Source: Eledone cirrhosa
Lineage: Eukaryota
Length of the DNA stretch: 64,000 nt
NCBI GenBank assembly: GCA_964016885.1
Contig: OZ024751.1
Span: forward strand, 10,168,001-10,232,000
Direction of reading: 5' to 3'
The translations under genes and the position numbers were made by a program. The first letter of the stretch is position 1. Each line of letters opens with the position of its first letter. The notes below the pieces were generated by a model that saw nothing but the letters and a program-made list of their open reading frames with translations, did not search any database and had not been told where the DNA came from. Below are positions 12,200-27,817 of the stretch, piece after piece.

Positions 12200-15100
12200 A
12201 CTCTCACAGACACATACACTACATCTGTCACACACACACATTACACTATATCAGTCACTCACACACACACATTACACTATATCAGTCACTCACACACACA
12301 AATTACACTATATCAGTCACTCACACACACATCACACTGTATCAGACACTCACACACACACACACATCACACTATATCAGCCACTCACACACACACATCA
12401 CACTATATCAGCCACTCACACACACACATCACACTATATCAGCCTCTCACACACACACACACATCACCCTATATCAGCCACTCACACACACACATTACAT
12501 TATATCAGCCACTCACACACACATTACACTATATCAGCCACTCACACACACACATTACACTATACCAGCCACTCACACACATACATTACACTATATCAGT
12601 CACTCACACACACACACATTACACTATATCAGTCACTCACACACACACATTACACTATATCAGCCACTCACACACACATTACACTATATCAGTCACTCAC
12701 ACACACACATTACACTATATCAGTCACTCACACACACACATTACACTGTATCAGTCACTCACACACACACATTACACCGTATCAGTCACTCACACACACA
12801 CATTACACTATATCAGTCACACACACACACATTACACTATATCAGTCACTCACACACACACACATTACACTATATCAGTCACACACACACACATTACACT
12901 ATATCAGTCACTCACACACACACATCACACTGTATCAGACACTCACACACACACATTACACTGTATCAGTCACTCACACACACACATTACACTATATCAG
13001 TCACACACACACATTACACTATATCAGTCACACACACACACATTACACTATATCAGTCACTCACACACACACATCACACTGTATCAGACACTCACACACA
13101 CACATTACACTATATCAGTCACTTACACACACACATCACACTGTATCAGACACTCACACACACACATTACACTATATCAGTCACTCACACACACACATTA
13201 CACTATATCAGACACACACACACACATCACACTATATCAGTCTCACACACACACATCACACTATATCAGTCACTCACACACACACACATTACACTATATC
13301 AGACACTCACATCACACTATATCAATCACTCACACACACACATTACACTATATCAGCCACTCACACACACACATCACACTGTATCAGACACTCACACACA
13401 CACATCACACTATATCAGTCACTCACACACACACATCACACTGTATCAGTCACTCACACACACACATTACACTGTATCAGACACTCACACAGACATTACA
13501 CTATATCAGTCACTCACACACACACATCACACTATATCAGTCTCACACACACACATTACACTATATCAGACACTCACACACACACATCACACTATATCAG
13601 ACACTCACACACACACATTACACTATATCAGTCACTCACACACACACATTACACTGTATCAGACACTCACACATTACACTATATCAGACACTCACACACA
13701 CACATTACACTATATCAGACACTCACACACACACATCACACTATATCAGACACTCACACACACACATTACACTATATCAGTCACTCACACACACACATTA
13801 CACTGTATCAGACACTCACACACACACATTACACTATATCAGTCACTCACACATACACATTACACTGTATCAGACACTCACACACACACATTACACTATA
13901 TCAGCCACTCACACACACACATTACACTATATAAGCCACTCACACACACACATCACACTATATCAGTCACTCACACACACACACATTACACTATATCAGC
14001 CACTCACACACACACATCACACTGTATCAGACACTCACACACACACATTACACTATATCAGTCACTCACACACACACGTTACACTATATCAGCCACTCAC
14101 ACACACATCACACTATATCAGACACTCACACACACACATCACACTATATCAGTCACTCACACACATACATTACACTATATCAGTCACTCACACACACACA
14201 TTACACTATATCAGTCACTCACACACACACACACATTACACTATATCAGTCACTCACACACACACATTACACTATATCAGTCACTCACGCACACACATTA
14301 CACTATATCAGTCACTCACACACACACATCACACTATATCAGTCACTCACACACACACATTACACTATATCAGTCACTCACACACACACACATTACACTA
14401 TATCAGTCACTCACACACACACATTACACTATATCAGTCACTCACACACACACACACATTACACTATATCAGTCACTCACACACACACATTACACTATAT
14501 CAGTCACTCATACACACACACATTACACTATCTCAGTCACTCACACACACACGCATCACACTATATCAGTCACTCACACTATATCAGTCACTCACACACA
14601 CATTACACTATATCAGTCACTCACACACACATCACACTATATCAGTCACTCACACACACATCACACTATATCAGTCACTCACACACACACGTTACACTAT
14701 ATCAGTCACTCACACACACACATTACACTATATCAGACACTCACACACACACATCACACTATATCAGTCACTCACACACACATCACACTATATCAGTCAC
14801 TCACACACACACACACATTACACTATATCAGACACTCACACACACATCACACTATATCAGTCACTCACACACACACATCACACTGTATCAGTCACTCACA
14901 CACACACATTACACTGTATCAGACACTCACACACACACATCATACTATATCAGACACTCACACACACACATTACACTATATCAGTCACTCACACACACAC
15001 ATTACACTGTATCAGACACTCACACATTACACTATATCAGTCACTCACACACACACATTACACTGTATCAGACACTCACACACACACATTACACTATATC

Positions 15101-18100
15101 AGTCACTCACACATACACATTACACTGTATCAGACACTCACACACACACATTACACTATATCAGCCACTCACACACACACATCACACTATATCAGTCACT
15201 CACACACACACACATTACACTATATCAGCCACTCACACACACACATCACACTGTATCAGACACTCACACACACACATTACACTATATCAGTCACTCACAC
15301 ACGTTACACTATATCAGCCACTCACACACACATCACACTATATCAGACACTCACACACACACATCACACTATATCAGTCACTCACACACATACATTACAC
15401 TATATCAGTCACTCACACACACACATTACACTATATCAGTCACTCACACACACATTACACTATATCAGTCACTCACACACACACATTACACTATATCAGT
15501 CACTCACACACACACATTACACTATATCAGTCACTCACACACACACATCACACTATATCAGTCACTCACACACACACATTACACTATATCAGTCACTCAC
15601 ACACACACACATTACACTATATCAGTCACTCACGCACACACATTACACTATATCAGTCACTCACACACACACATCACACTATATCAGTCACTCACGCACA
15701 CACATTACACTATATCAGTCACTCACACACACACATCACACTATATCAGTCACTCACACACACACATTACACTATATCAGTCACTCACACACACACACAT
15801 TACACTATATCAGTCACTCACACACACACATTACACTTTATCAGTCACTCACACACACACACACATTACACTATATCAGTCACTCACACACACACATTAC
15901 ACTATATCAGTCACTCATACACACAGACATTACACTATCTCAGTCACTCACACACACACGCATCACACTATATCAGTCACTCACACTATATCAGTCACTC
16001 ACACACACATTACACTATATCAGTCACTCACACACACATCACACTATATCAGTCACTCACACACACACACACATTACACTATATCAGACACTCACACACA
16101 CACATCACACTATATCAGTCTCACACACACACATTACACTATATCAGACACTCACACACACACATCATACTATATCAGACACTCACACACACACATTACA
16201 CTATATCAGTCACTCACACACACACATTACACTATATCAGACACTCACACACACACATCACACTATATCAGTCACTCACACACACATCACACTATATCAG
16301 TCACTCACACACACACACACATTACACTATATCAGACACTCACACACACATCACACTATATCAGTCACTCACACACACACATCACACTGTATCAGTCACT
16401 CACACACACACATTACACTGTATCAGATACTCACACAGACATTACACTATATCATTCACTCACACACACACATCACACTATATCAGTCTCACACACACAC
16501 ATTACACTATATCAGACACTCACACACACACATCATACTATATCAGACACTCACACACACACATTACACTATATCAGTCACTCACACACACAGATTACAC
16601 TATATCAGTCACTCACACACACACATTACACTGTATCAGACACTCACACATTACACTATATCAGTCACTCACACACACACATTACACTGTATCAGACACT
16701 CACACACACACATTACACTATATCAGTCACTCACACATACACATTACACTGTATCAGACACTCACACACACACATTACACTATATCGGCCACTCACACAC
16801 ACACATCACACTATATCAGTCACTCACACACACACACATTACACTATATCAGCCACTCACACACACACATCACACTGTATCAGACACTCACACACACACA
16901 TTACACTATATCAGTCACTCACACACACACGTTACACTATATCAGCCACTCACACACACATCACACTATATCAGACACTCACACACACACATCACACTAT
17001 ATCAGTCACTCACACACATACATTACACTATATCAGTCACTCACACACACACATTACACTATATCAGTCACTCACACACACATTACACTATATCAGTCAC
17101 TCACACACACACATTACACTATATCAGTCACTCACACACACACATTACACTATATCAGTCACTCACACACACACATTACACTATATCAGTCACTCACACA
17201 CACACATCACACTATATCAGTCACTCACACACACACATTACACTATATCAGTCACTCACACACACACACATTACACTATATCAGTCGCTCACACACACAC
17301 ATTACACTATATCAGTCACTCACACACACATTACACTATATCAGTCACTCACACACACACATTACACTATATCAGTCACTCATACACACACACATTACAC
17401 TATATCAGTCACTCACACACACACACATCACACTATATCAGTCACTCACACTATATCAGTCACTCACACACACATTACACTATATCAGTCACTCACACAC
17501 ACATCACACTATATCAGTCACTCACACACACACATTACACTATATCAGACACACACATCACACTGTATCAGACACTCACAGACACACATTACACTATATC
17601 AGTCACTCACACACACATCACACTATATCACACTCACACACACACATCACACTATATCAGTCACACACACACACATTACACTATATCAGTCACACACACA
17701 CACATTACACTATATCAGTCTCACACACACACATTACACTATATCAGCCACTCACACATCACACTGTATCAGACACTCACACACACACATCACACTATAT
17801 CAGTCTAACACACACACATTACACTATATCAGTCTCACACACACACATAACACTATATCAGTCACTCACACACATTACACTATATCAGACACTCACACAC
17901 ACACACATCACTCTGTATCAGACACTCACAGACACACATTACACTATATCAGTCACTAACACACACATCAAACTATATCACACTCACACACACACATCAC
18001 ACTATATCAGTCACACACACACACATTACACTATATCAGTCACACACACACACATTACACTATATCAGCCACTTACACACACACATCACACTGTATCAGA

Positions 18101-19297
18101 CACTCACACACACACATTACACTATATCAGTCACTCACACACACACATCACACTATATCAGTCTCACACACACACATTACACTATATCAGTCACTCACAC
18201 ACACACATTACACTATATCAGTCACACACACACACACATCACACTATATCAGACACTCACACACACACATCACACTATATCAGTCTCACACACACACATT
18301 ACACTATATCAGCCACTCACACACACACATCACACTGTATCAGACACTCACACACACACATCACACTATATCAGTTTCACACACACACATTACACTATAT
18401 CAGTCTCACACACACACATTACAATATATCAGTCTCACACACACACATTACACTATATCAGCCACTCACACACACACATCACACTGTATCAGACACTCAC
18501 ACACACACATTACACTATATCAGTCACTCACACACACACATCACACTATATCAGTCTCACACACACACATTACACTATATCAGTCACTCACACACACACA
18601 TTACACTATATCAGTCACACACACATTACACTATATCAATCACTCACACACACACACATCACACTATATCAGTCACACACACACATCACACTATATCAGT
18701 CACTCACACACACACATTACACTATATCAATCACTCACACACACACACATCACACTATATCAGTTACTCACACACACACATTACACTATATCAATCACTC
18801 ACACACACATCACACTATATCACTCACACACACATACATTACACTATATCAGTCACACACACACACAACACACTATATCAATCACTCACACAAACACACA
18901 TCACACTATATCAGTCACACACACACACATCACACTATATCACTCACACACACACACATCACACTATATCAGTCACTCACACATCACACTATATCAGTCT
19001 CACACACACACACATTACACTATATCAGTCACACACATTACACTATATCAGTCACTCACACACACACATTACACTATATCAGTCTCACACACACACACAC
19101 ACACACATTACACTATATCAGTCACTCACACACACACATTACACTATATCAGTCACTCACACACACACATTACACTATATCAGTCTCACACACACACACA
19201 CATTACACTATATCAGTCACTCACACACACACATTACACTATATCAGTCACTCACACACACACATATCACACTATATCAGTCACACACACACACTAT
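12200..19297. repeat. ~30-bp satellite with variable internal (CA)n
   Basis: Unit (ca)n-ttacactatatcagtcact repeated over ~7 kb. Confidence 0.95.
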
Positions 19298-19381
19298 CTC
19301 TATCTTTCTGTCAGCTCTGTTGTGCCATATGAAGAGCCACGAGAGACCTATCAGTGTCCTTCCTTCCAGAAATGGAGATCT

Positions 19382-20910
19382 GAGTGAAGGACTTGTAACC
19401 ACAACCCACCACAGAGTGAAGGACTTGTAACCACAACCCACCACAGAGTGAAGGACTTGTAACCACAACCCATCACAGAGTGAAGGACTTGTAACCACAA
19501 CCCATCACAGAGTGAAGGACTTGTAACCACAACCCATCACAGAGTGGTGGACTTGTAACCACAACCCACCACAGAGTGAAGGACTTGTAACCACAACCCA
19601 CCACAGAGTGAAGGACTAGTAACCACAACCCATCACAGAGTGAAGGACCTGTAAACACAACCCATCACAGAGTGAAGGACTTGTAACCACAACCCATCAC
19701 AGAGTGAAGGACCTGTAAACACAACCCATCACAGAGTGAAGGACTTGTAACCACAACCCATCACAGAGTGAAGGACTTGTAACCACAACCCATCACAGAA
19801 TGAAGGACCTGTAACCACAACCCACCGCAGAATGAAGGACCTGTAACCACAACCCATCACAGAGTGAAGGACTTGTAACCACAACCCATCACAGAGTGAA
19901 GGACTTATAACCACAACCCATCACAGAGTGAAGGACTTGTAACCACAACCCATCACAGAGTGAAGGACTAGTAACCACAACCCATCACAGAGTGAAGGAC
20001 TTGTAACCACAACCCATCACAGAGTGAACGACCTGTAAACACAACCCATCACCGAGTGAAGGACCTGTAACCACAACCCACCGCAGAGTGAAGGACCTGT
20101 AACCACAACCCACCACAGAGTGAAGGACTTGTAACCACAACCCATCACAGAGTGAAGGACTTGTAACCACAACCCATCACAGAGTGAAGGACTTGTAACC
20201 ACAACCCATCACAGAGTGAAGGACTTGTAACCACAACCCATCACAGAGTGAAGGACTTGTAACCACAACCCATCACAGAGTGAAGGACTTGTAACCACAA
20301 CCCATCACAGAGTGAAGGACGTGTAACCACAACCCATCACAGAGTGAAGGACCTGTAAACACAACCCATCACAGAGTGAAGGACTTGTAACCACAACCCA
20401 TCACAGAGTGAAGAACTTGTAACCACAACCCATCACAGAGTGAAGGACTTGTAACCACAACCCATCACAGAGTGAAGGACTAGTAACCACAACCCATCAC
20501 AGAGTGAAGGACCTGTAACCACAACACACCACAGAGTGAAGGACCTGTAACCACAACCCATCACAGAGTGAAGAACCTGTAACCACAACACAGAGTGAAG
20601 GACCTGTAACCACAAACCATCACAGAGTGAAGGACCTGTAACCACAACACACCACAGAGTGAAGGACCTGTAACCACAACCCACCACAGAGTGAAGGACT
20701 TGTAACCACAACCCATCACAGAGTGAAGGACCTGTAACCACAACCCACCACAGAGTGAAGGACCTGTAACCACAACCCACCACAGAGTGAAGGACTTGTA
20801 ACCACAACCCACCACAGAGTGAAGGACTTGTAACCACAACCCATCACAGAGTGAAGGACCTGTAACCACAACCCACCACAGAGTGAAGGACCTGTAACCA
20901 CAACCCATCT
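19382..20910. repeat. 32-bp minisatellite, ~48 copies
   Basis: Unit gagtgaaggacttgtaaccacaacccatcaca. Confidence 0.95.
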
Positions 20911-20963
20911 CAGAATGAAAACAAAAATAAGTGGGGTGGGGAGATAACTATTGTATGACTTAC

Positions 20964-21215
20964 CGATGTCTAGTTTCAACAACTGTGGAGGAGAATGTTG
21001 TATTTCTTGGCAGTTGTAATGTATTCACCACAGCTTCATGTTCCTGCTCCAGATCTAAACTCTGTTCATTGATCTCAGCTTGACAAGCTACAACAGTCCC
21101 GTCTGTGAAAATGGTGAGAATTTTCTTACTCTGTTCTAAATAATGTATATTGAGTGGACTGCACACAGGTTCAACAGTTAACAGTATCTGTTGGATACAC
21201 AGTAAACTTTCAGGG
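20964..21215 (-). CDS. Internal coding exon of an unidentified host gene (252 bp, phase 2-2)
   Basis: Acceptor ctttttttcttttcttctctctttatcattacAG and donor CG|GTAAGT. One open frame, PESLLCIQQILLTVEPVCSPLNIHYLEQSKKILTIFTDGTVVACQ...VVETRH, of normal complexity. Beta-propeller-like pattern is a guess only. Confidence 0.75.
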
Positions 21216-21482
21216 CTGTAATGATAAAGAGAGAAGAAAAGAAAAAAAAGGTTGTAAGGCAAAGTGAGAGAGAGAGAAGTGAGGAAAGAAAGGGTTGTCA
21301 AAGTTAGCTTGGAATTGGAAAGTTTATTGGAAGTTTAATACAAGTATTAAATTCAAAAATTCTAACCATTCTAAAACTAAAAAGTTCAGATGGGGACACA
21401 AATATATTGTTACTGCCATCAATGCAGGGGGCCCAGAGCAATTGTTCCCTTTGTACTACATTAATTCTGGCCCTATTAACAT

Positions 21483-24400
21483 CCCCTGAAACAATGAAAG
21501 ACAACAAAATACTCTGTCAGGAATCCCTACCACCTTTACCTGGGACTTTATCAACAACCCCTGAAAGACAATAAAATACTCTGTCTGGAATCCCTACCAC
21601 CTTTACCTGGGACTTTATCAACAACCCCTGAAAGACAACAAAATACTGTCAGGAATCCCTACCACCTTTACCTGGGACTTTATCAACAACCCCTGAAAGA
21701 CAACAAAATACTGTCAGGAATCCCTACCACCTTTACCTGGGACTTTATCAACAACATCTGAAAGACAACAAAATACTGTCAGGAATCCCTACCACCTTTA
21801 CCTGGGACTTTATCAACAACATCTGAAAGACAACAAAATACTGTCAGGAATCCCTACCACCTTTACCTGGGACTTTATCAACAACCCCTGAAAGACAACA
21901 AAATACTGTCAGGAATCCCTACCACCTTTACCTGGGACTTTATCAACAACCCCTGAAAGACAACAAAATACTGTCAGGAATCCCTACCACCTTTACCTGG
22001 GACTTTATCAACAACCCCTGAAAGACAACAAAATACTGTCAGGAATCCCTACCACCTTTACCTGGGACTTTATCAACAACCCCTGAAAGACAACAAAATA
22101 CTGTCAGGAATCCCTACCACCTTTACCTGGGACTTTATCAACAACCCCTGAAAGACAACAAAATACTGTCAGGAATCCCTACCACCTTTACCTGGGACTT
22201 TATCAACAACCCCTGAAAGACAACAAAATACTGTCAGGAATCCCTACCACCTTTACCTGGGACTTTATCAACAACATCTGAAAGACAACAAAATACTGTC
22301 AGGAATCCCTACCACCTTTACCTGGGACTTTATCAACAACCCCTGAAAGACAACAAAATACTGTCAGGAATCCCTACCACCTTTACCTGGGACTTTATCA
22401 ACAACATCTGAAAGACAACAAAATACTGTCAGGAATCCCTACCACCTTTACCTGGGACTTTATCAACAACCCCTGAAAGACAACAAAATACTGTCAGGAA
22501 TCCCTACCACCTTTACCTGGGACTTTATCAACAACATCTGAAAGACAACAAAATACTGTCAGGAATCCCTACCACCTTTACCTGGGACTTTATCAACAAC
22601 CCCTGAAAGACAACAAAATACTGTCAGGAATCCCTACCACCTTTACCTGGGACTTTATCAACAACCCCTGAAAGACAACAAAATACTGTCAGGAATCCCT
22701 ACCACCTTTACCTGGGACTTTATCAACAACATCTGAAAGACAACAAAATACTGTCAGGAATCCCTACCACCTTTACCTGGGACTTTATCAACAACCCCTG
22801 AAAGACAACAAAATACTGTCAGGAATCCCTACCACCTTTACCTGGGACTTTATCAACAACATCTGAAAGACAACAAAATACTGTCAGGAATCCCTACCAC
22901 CTTTACCTGGGACTTTATCAACAACCCCTGAAAGACAACAAAATACTGTCAGGAATCCCTACCACCTTTACCTGGGACTTTATCAACAACCCCTGAAAGA
23001 CAACAAAATACTGTCTGGAATCCCTACCACCTTTACCTGGGACTTTATCAACAACCCCTGAAAGACAACAAAATACTGTCAGGAATCCCTACCACCTTTA
23101 CCTGGGACTTTATCAACAACATCTGAAAGACAACAAAATACTGTCAGGAATCCCTACCACCTTTACCTGGGACTTTATCAACAACCCCTGAAAGACAACA
23201 AAATACTGTCAGGAATCCCTACCACCTTTACCTGGGACTTTATCAACAACATCTGAAAGACAACAAAATACTGTCAGGAATCCCTACCACCTTTACCTGG
23301 GACTTTATCAACAACCCCTGAAAGACAACAAAATACTGTCAGGAATCCCTACCACCTTTACCTGGGACTTTATCAACAACATCTGAAAGACAACAAAATA
23401 CTGTCAGGAATCCCTACCACCTTTACCTGGGACTTTATCAACAACATCTGAAAGACAACAAAATACTGTCAGGAATCCCTACCACCTTTACCTGGGACTT
23501 TATCAACAACCCCTGAAAGACAACAAAATACTGTCTGGAATCCCTACCACCTTTACCTGGGACTTTATCAACAACCCCTGAAAGACAACAAAATACTGTC
23601 AGGAATCCCTACCACCTTTACCTGGGACTTTATCAACAACCCCTGAAAGACAACAAAATACTGTCAGGAATCCCTACCACCTTTACCTGGGACTTTATCA
23701 ACAACCCCTGAAAGACAACAAAATACTGTCAGGAATCCCTACCACCTTTACCTGGGACTTTATCAACAACCCCTGAAAGACAACAAAATACTGTCAGGAA
23801 TCCCTACCACCTTTACCTGGGACTTTATCAACAACCCCTGAAAGACAACAAAATACTGTCTGGAATCCCTACCACCTTTACCTGGGACTTTATCAACAAC
23901 ATCTGAAAGACAACAAAATACTGTCAGGAATCCCTACCACCTTTACCTGGGACTTTATCAACAACCCCTGAAAGACAACAAAATACTGTCAGGAATCCCT
24001 ACCACCTTTACCTGGGACTTTATCAACAACCCCTGAAAGACAACAAAATACTGTCTGGAATCCCTACCACCTTTACCTGGGACTTTATCAACAACATCTG
24101 AAAGACAACAAAATACTGTCAGGAATCCCTACCACCTTTACCTGGGACTTTATCAACAACCCCTGAAAGACAACAAAATACTGTCAGGAATCCCTACCAC
24201 CTTTACCTGGGACTTTATCAACAACCCCTGAAAGACAACAAAATACTGTCAGGAATCCCTACCACCTTTACCTGGGACTTTATCAACAACCCCTGAAAGA
24301 CAATAAAATACTCTGTCTGGAATCCCTACCACCTTTACCTGGGACTTTATCAACAACCCCTGAAAGACAACAAAATACTGTCAGGAATCCCTACCACCTT

Positions 24401-26854
24401 TACCTGGGACTTTATCAACAACCCCTGAAAGACAACAAAATACTGTCAGGAATCCCTACCACCTTTACCTGGGACTTTATCAACAACCCCTGAAAGACAA
24501 CAAAATACTGTCAGGAATCCCTACCACCTTTACCTGGGACTTTATCAACAACCCCTGAAAGACAACAAAATACTGTCAGGAATCCCTACCACCTTTACCT
24601 GGGACTTTATCAACAACCCCTGAAAGACAACAAAATACTGTCAGGAATCCCTACCACCTTTACCTGGGACTTTATCAACAACCCCTGAAAGACAACAAAA
24701 TACTGTCAGGAATCCCTACCACCTTTACCTGGGACTTTATCAACAACCCCTGAAAGACAACAAAATACTGTCTGGAATCCCTACCACCTTTACCTGGGAC
24801 TTTATCAACAACATCTGAAAGACAACAAAATACTGTCAGGAATCCCTACCACCTTTACCTGGGACTTTATCAACAACCCCTGAAAGACGACAAAATACTG
24901 TCAGGAATCCCTACCACCTTTACCTGGGACTTTATCAACAACATCTGAAAGACAACAAAATACTGTCAGGAATCCCTACCACCTTTACCTAGGACTTTAT
25001 CAACAACCCCTGAAAGACAACAAAATACTGTCTGGGATCCCTACCACCTTTACCTGGGACTTTATCAACAACCCCTGAAAGACAACAAAATACTGTCAGG
25101 AATCCCTACCACCTTTACCTGGGACTTTATCAACAACCCCTGAAAGACAACAAAATACTGTCAGGAATCCCTACCACCTTTACCTGGGACTTTATCAACA
25201 ACCCCTGAAAGACAACAAAATACTGTCTGGAATCCCTACCACCTTTACCTGGGACTTTATCAACAACATCTGAAAGACAACAAAATACTGTCAGGAATCC
25301 CTACCACCTTTACCTGGGACTTTATCAACAACCCCTGAAAGACAACAAAATACTGTCAGGAATCCCTACCACCTTTACCTGGGACTTTATCAACAACCCC
25401 TGAAAGACAACAAAATACTGTCAGGAATCCCTACCACCTTTACCTGGGACTTTATCAACAACCCCTGAAAGACAACAAAATACTGTCAGGAATCCCTACC
25501 ACCTTTACCTGGGACTTTATCAACAACCCCTGAAAGACAACAAAATACTGTCTGGAATCCCTACCACCTTTACCTGGGACTTTATCAACAACATCTGAAA
25601 GACAACAAAATACTGTCAGGAATCCCTACCACCTTTACCTGGGACTTTATCAACAACCCCTGAAAGACAACAAAATACTGTCAGGAATCCCTACCACCTT
25701 TACCTGGGACTTTATCAACAACATCTGAAAGACAACAAAATACTGTCAGGAATCCCTACCACCTTTACCTGGGACTTTATCAACAACCCCTGAAAGACAA
25801 CAAAATACTGTCTGGAATCCCTACCACCTTTACCTGGGACTTTATCAACAACCCCTGAAAGACAACAAAATACTGTCAGGAATCCCTACCACCTTTACCT
25901 GGGACTTTATCAACAACATCTGAAAGACAACAAAATACTGTCAGGAATCCCTACCACCTTTACCTGGGACTTTATCAACAACCCCTGAAAGACAACAAAA
26001 TACTGTCAGGAATCCCTACCACCTTTACCTGGGACTTTATCAACAACCCCTGAAAGACAACAAAATACTGTCAGGAATCCCTACCACCTTTACCTGGGAC
26101 TTTATCAACAACCCCTGAAAGACAACAAAATACTGTCTGGAATCCCTACCACCTTTACCTGGGACTTTATCAACAACCCCTGAAAGACAACAAAATACTG
26201 TCAGGAATCCCTACCACCTTTACCTGGGACTTTATCAACAACCCCTGAAAGACAACAAAATACTGTCAGGAATCCCTACCACCTTTACCTGGGACTTTAT
26301 CAACAACCCCTGAAAGACAACAAAATACTGTCTGGAATCCCTACCACCTTTACCTGGGACTTTATCAACAACCCCTGAAAGACACAAAATACTGTCAGGA
26401 ATCCCTACCACCTTTACCTGGGACTTTATCAACAACCCCTGAAAGACACAAAATACTGTCAGGAATCCCTACCACCTTTACCTGGGACTTTATCAACAAC
26501 CCCTGAAAGACACAAAATACTGTCAGGAATCCCTACCACCTTTACCTGGGACTTTATCAACAACCCCTGAAAGACACAAAATACTGTCAGGAATCCCTAC
26601 CACCTTTACCTGGGACTTTATCAACAACCCCTGAAAGACAACAAAATACTGTCAGGAATCCCTACCACCTTTACCTGGGACTTTATCAACAACCCCTGAA
26701 AGACAACAAAATACTGTCTGGAATCCCTACCACCTTTACCTGGGACTTTATCAACAACCCCTGAAAGACACAAAATACTGTCAGGAATCCCTACCACCTT
26801 TACCTGGGACTTTATCAACAACCCCTGAAACAATGAAAGACAATAAAATACTCT
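21483..26854. repeat. 65-bp minisatellite, ~82 highly homogeneous copies
   Basis: Unit ccctgaaagacaacaaaatactgtcaggaatccctaccacctttacctgggactttatcaacaac. Both ends carry the same variant ccctgaaacaatgaaagacaa. Confidence 0.97.
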
Positions 26855-27696
26855 GGAATATTTCAATTAATTTTGTAAAATAATAACCAATCCAGAAGTA
26901 TTTAGTAAAGCAAGAAACTCGGCCATTAATTAAACTGGATTGCCAACTTAATTAATGGCCTTCCACTTCGTTTCAGTCACTGATTTCATTGTATTGTTGG
27001 GGGTGGATGGGGGGGACATTTTTGTCTTTGTTTAGTTTGTTGTTTTTCCCCCTCAATCATGTGTCTGTGTGTGTGTGTATAGGGAAGGAGAGAGTTGTGA
27101 GAAAGGGGAGAGAGAGAGAGTTGTGAGAAAGGGGGATAGAGAGAGTAATAGTGAGATAGAGAGTAAGAAAGAGAAGCTGAAAGAGAGAAAGACAAAGAAA
27201 AATAGAGAGATAGATAGAGAGAAAGATAGAAAGACAAGAGAAAAGAAAGACTGAGTGAGTGAGAAAAAAAGTGAAAGAGAGCGTGGGAGAGAGAGACTGA
27301 AAGAAATGGTGGAAGAGAGAGAAAGGGTAGGAGAGAGAGAAAGACAGAGTGAGTGAGAGAGAAAGTGAAAGAGAGTGGGACCAAGAGAGAGAGAGAGAGA
27401 GGGGCAAGAGAGAGAGAGAGAGGGGGGCAAGAGAGAGAGAGAGAGGGGGGCAAGAGAGAGAGAGGGGAGGGCGAGAGAGAGAGAGAGAGGAGGGCGAGAG
27501 AGAGAGAGAGAGGAGGGCAAGAGAGAGAGAGCGAGAGGGGCAAAAGAGAGAGAGCGGGAGGGGCAAAAGAGAGAGAGGGGGGGGGCAAAAGAGAGAGAGC
27601 ATGAGAGAAGTCTATTCTGTTACTCTACTCTAACAAAGACCACTGGATGTTGATATAATTATTATGACTTGTTGTTGTTGCTATTATTATTTTTAT

Positions 27697-27817
27697 CGGG
27701 AGAGGGTCGGACATGCTTTCCTGCATAGTTACGTCCCTTTACAATCTGAGTTCAAATCTGGCCGAGGTTAACTTTGCCTTTCATCCTTACAGGATCGATA
27801 AAATAAAGTACCAGTAA
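27697..27817 (+). mobile_element. SINE family 1, 5' part (split by RTE; 3' part at 31351-31396)
   Basis: Ends ...aaataaagtaccagtaa and resumes tgtactgggtaattgctggcc at 31351. Confidence 0.85.

Noticed and set aside
21304-21507. ORF DVNRARINVVQREQLLWAPCIDGS as a host exon
   Set aside because: No good phase-2 donor to join the 21215 exon. 21420-21474 (ggggcccagagcaattg...taattctggccct) resembles a Harbinger-type MITE end.
19382-26854. CRISPR-like appearance of the 32- and 65-bp arrays
   Set aside because: No unique spacers, no cas genes, eukaryotic context.
21483-26854. Hammerhead-like look of the 65-bp unit (CTGAAA-gaca/tgtc-AGGAA-tccc/ggga)
   Set aside because: Core spacing is wrong, there is no GAAA or UH in register, and no stem I.
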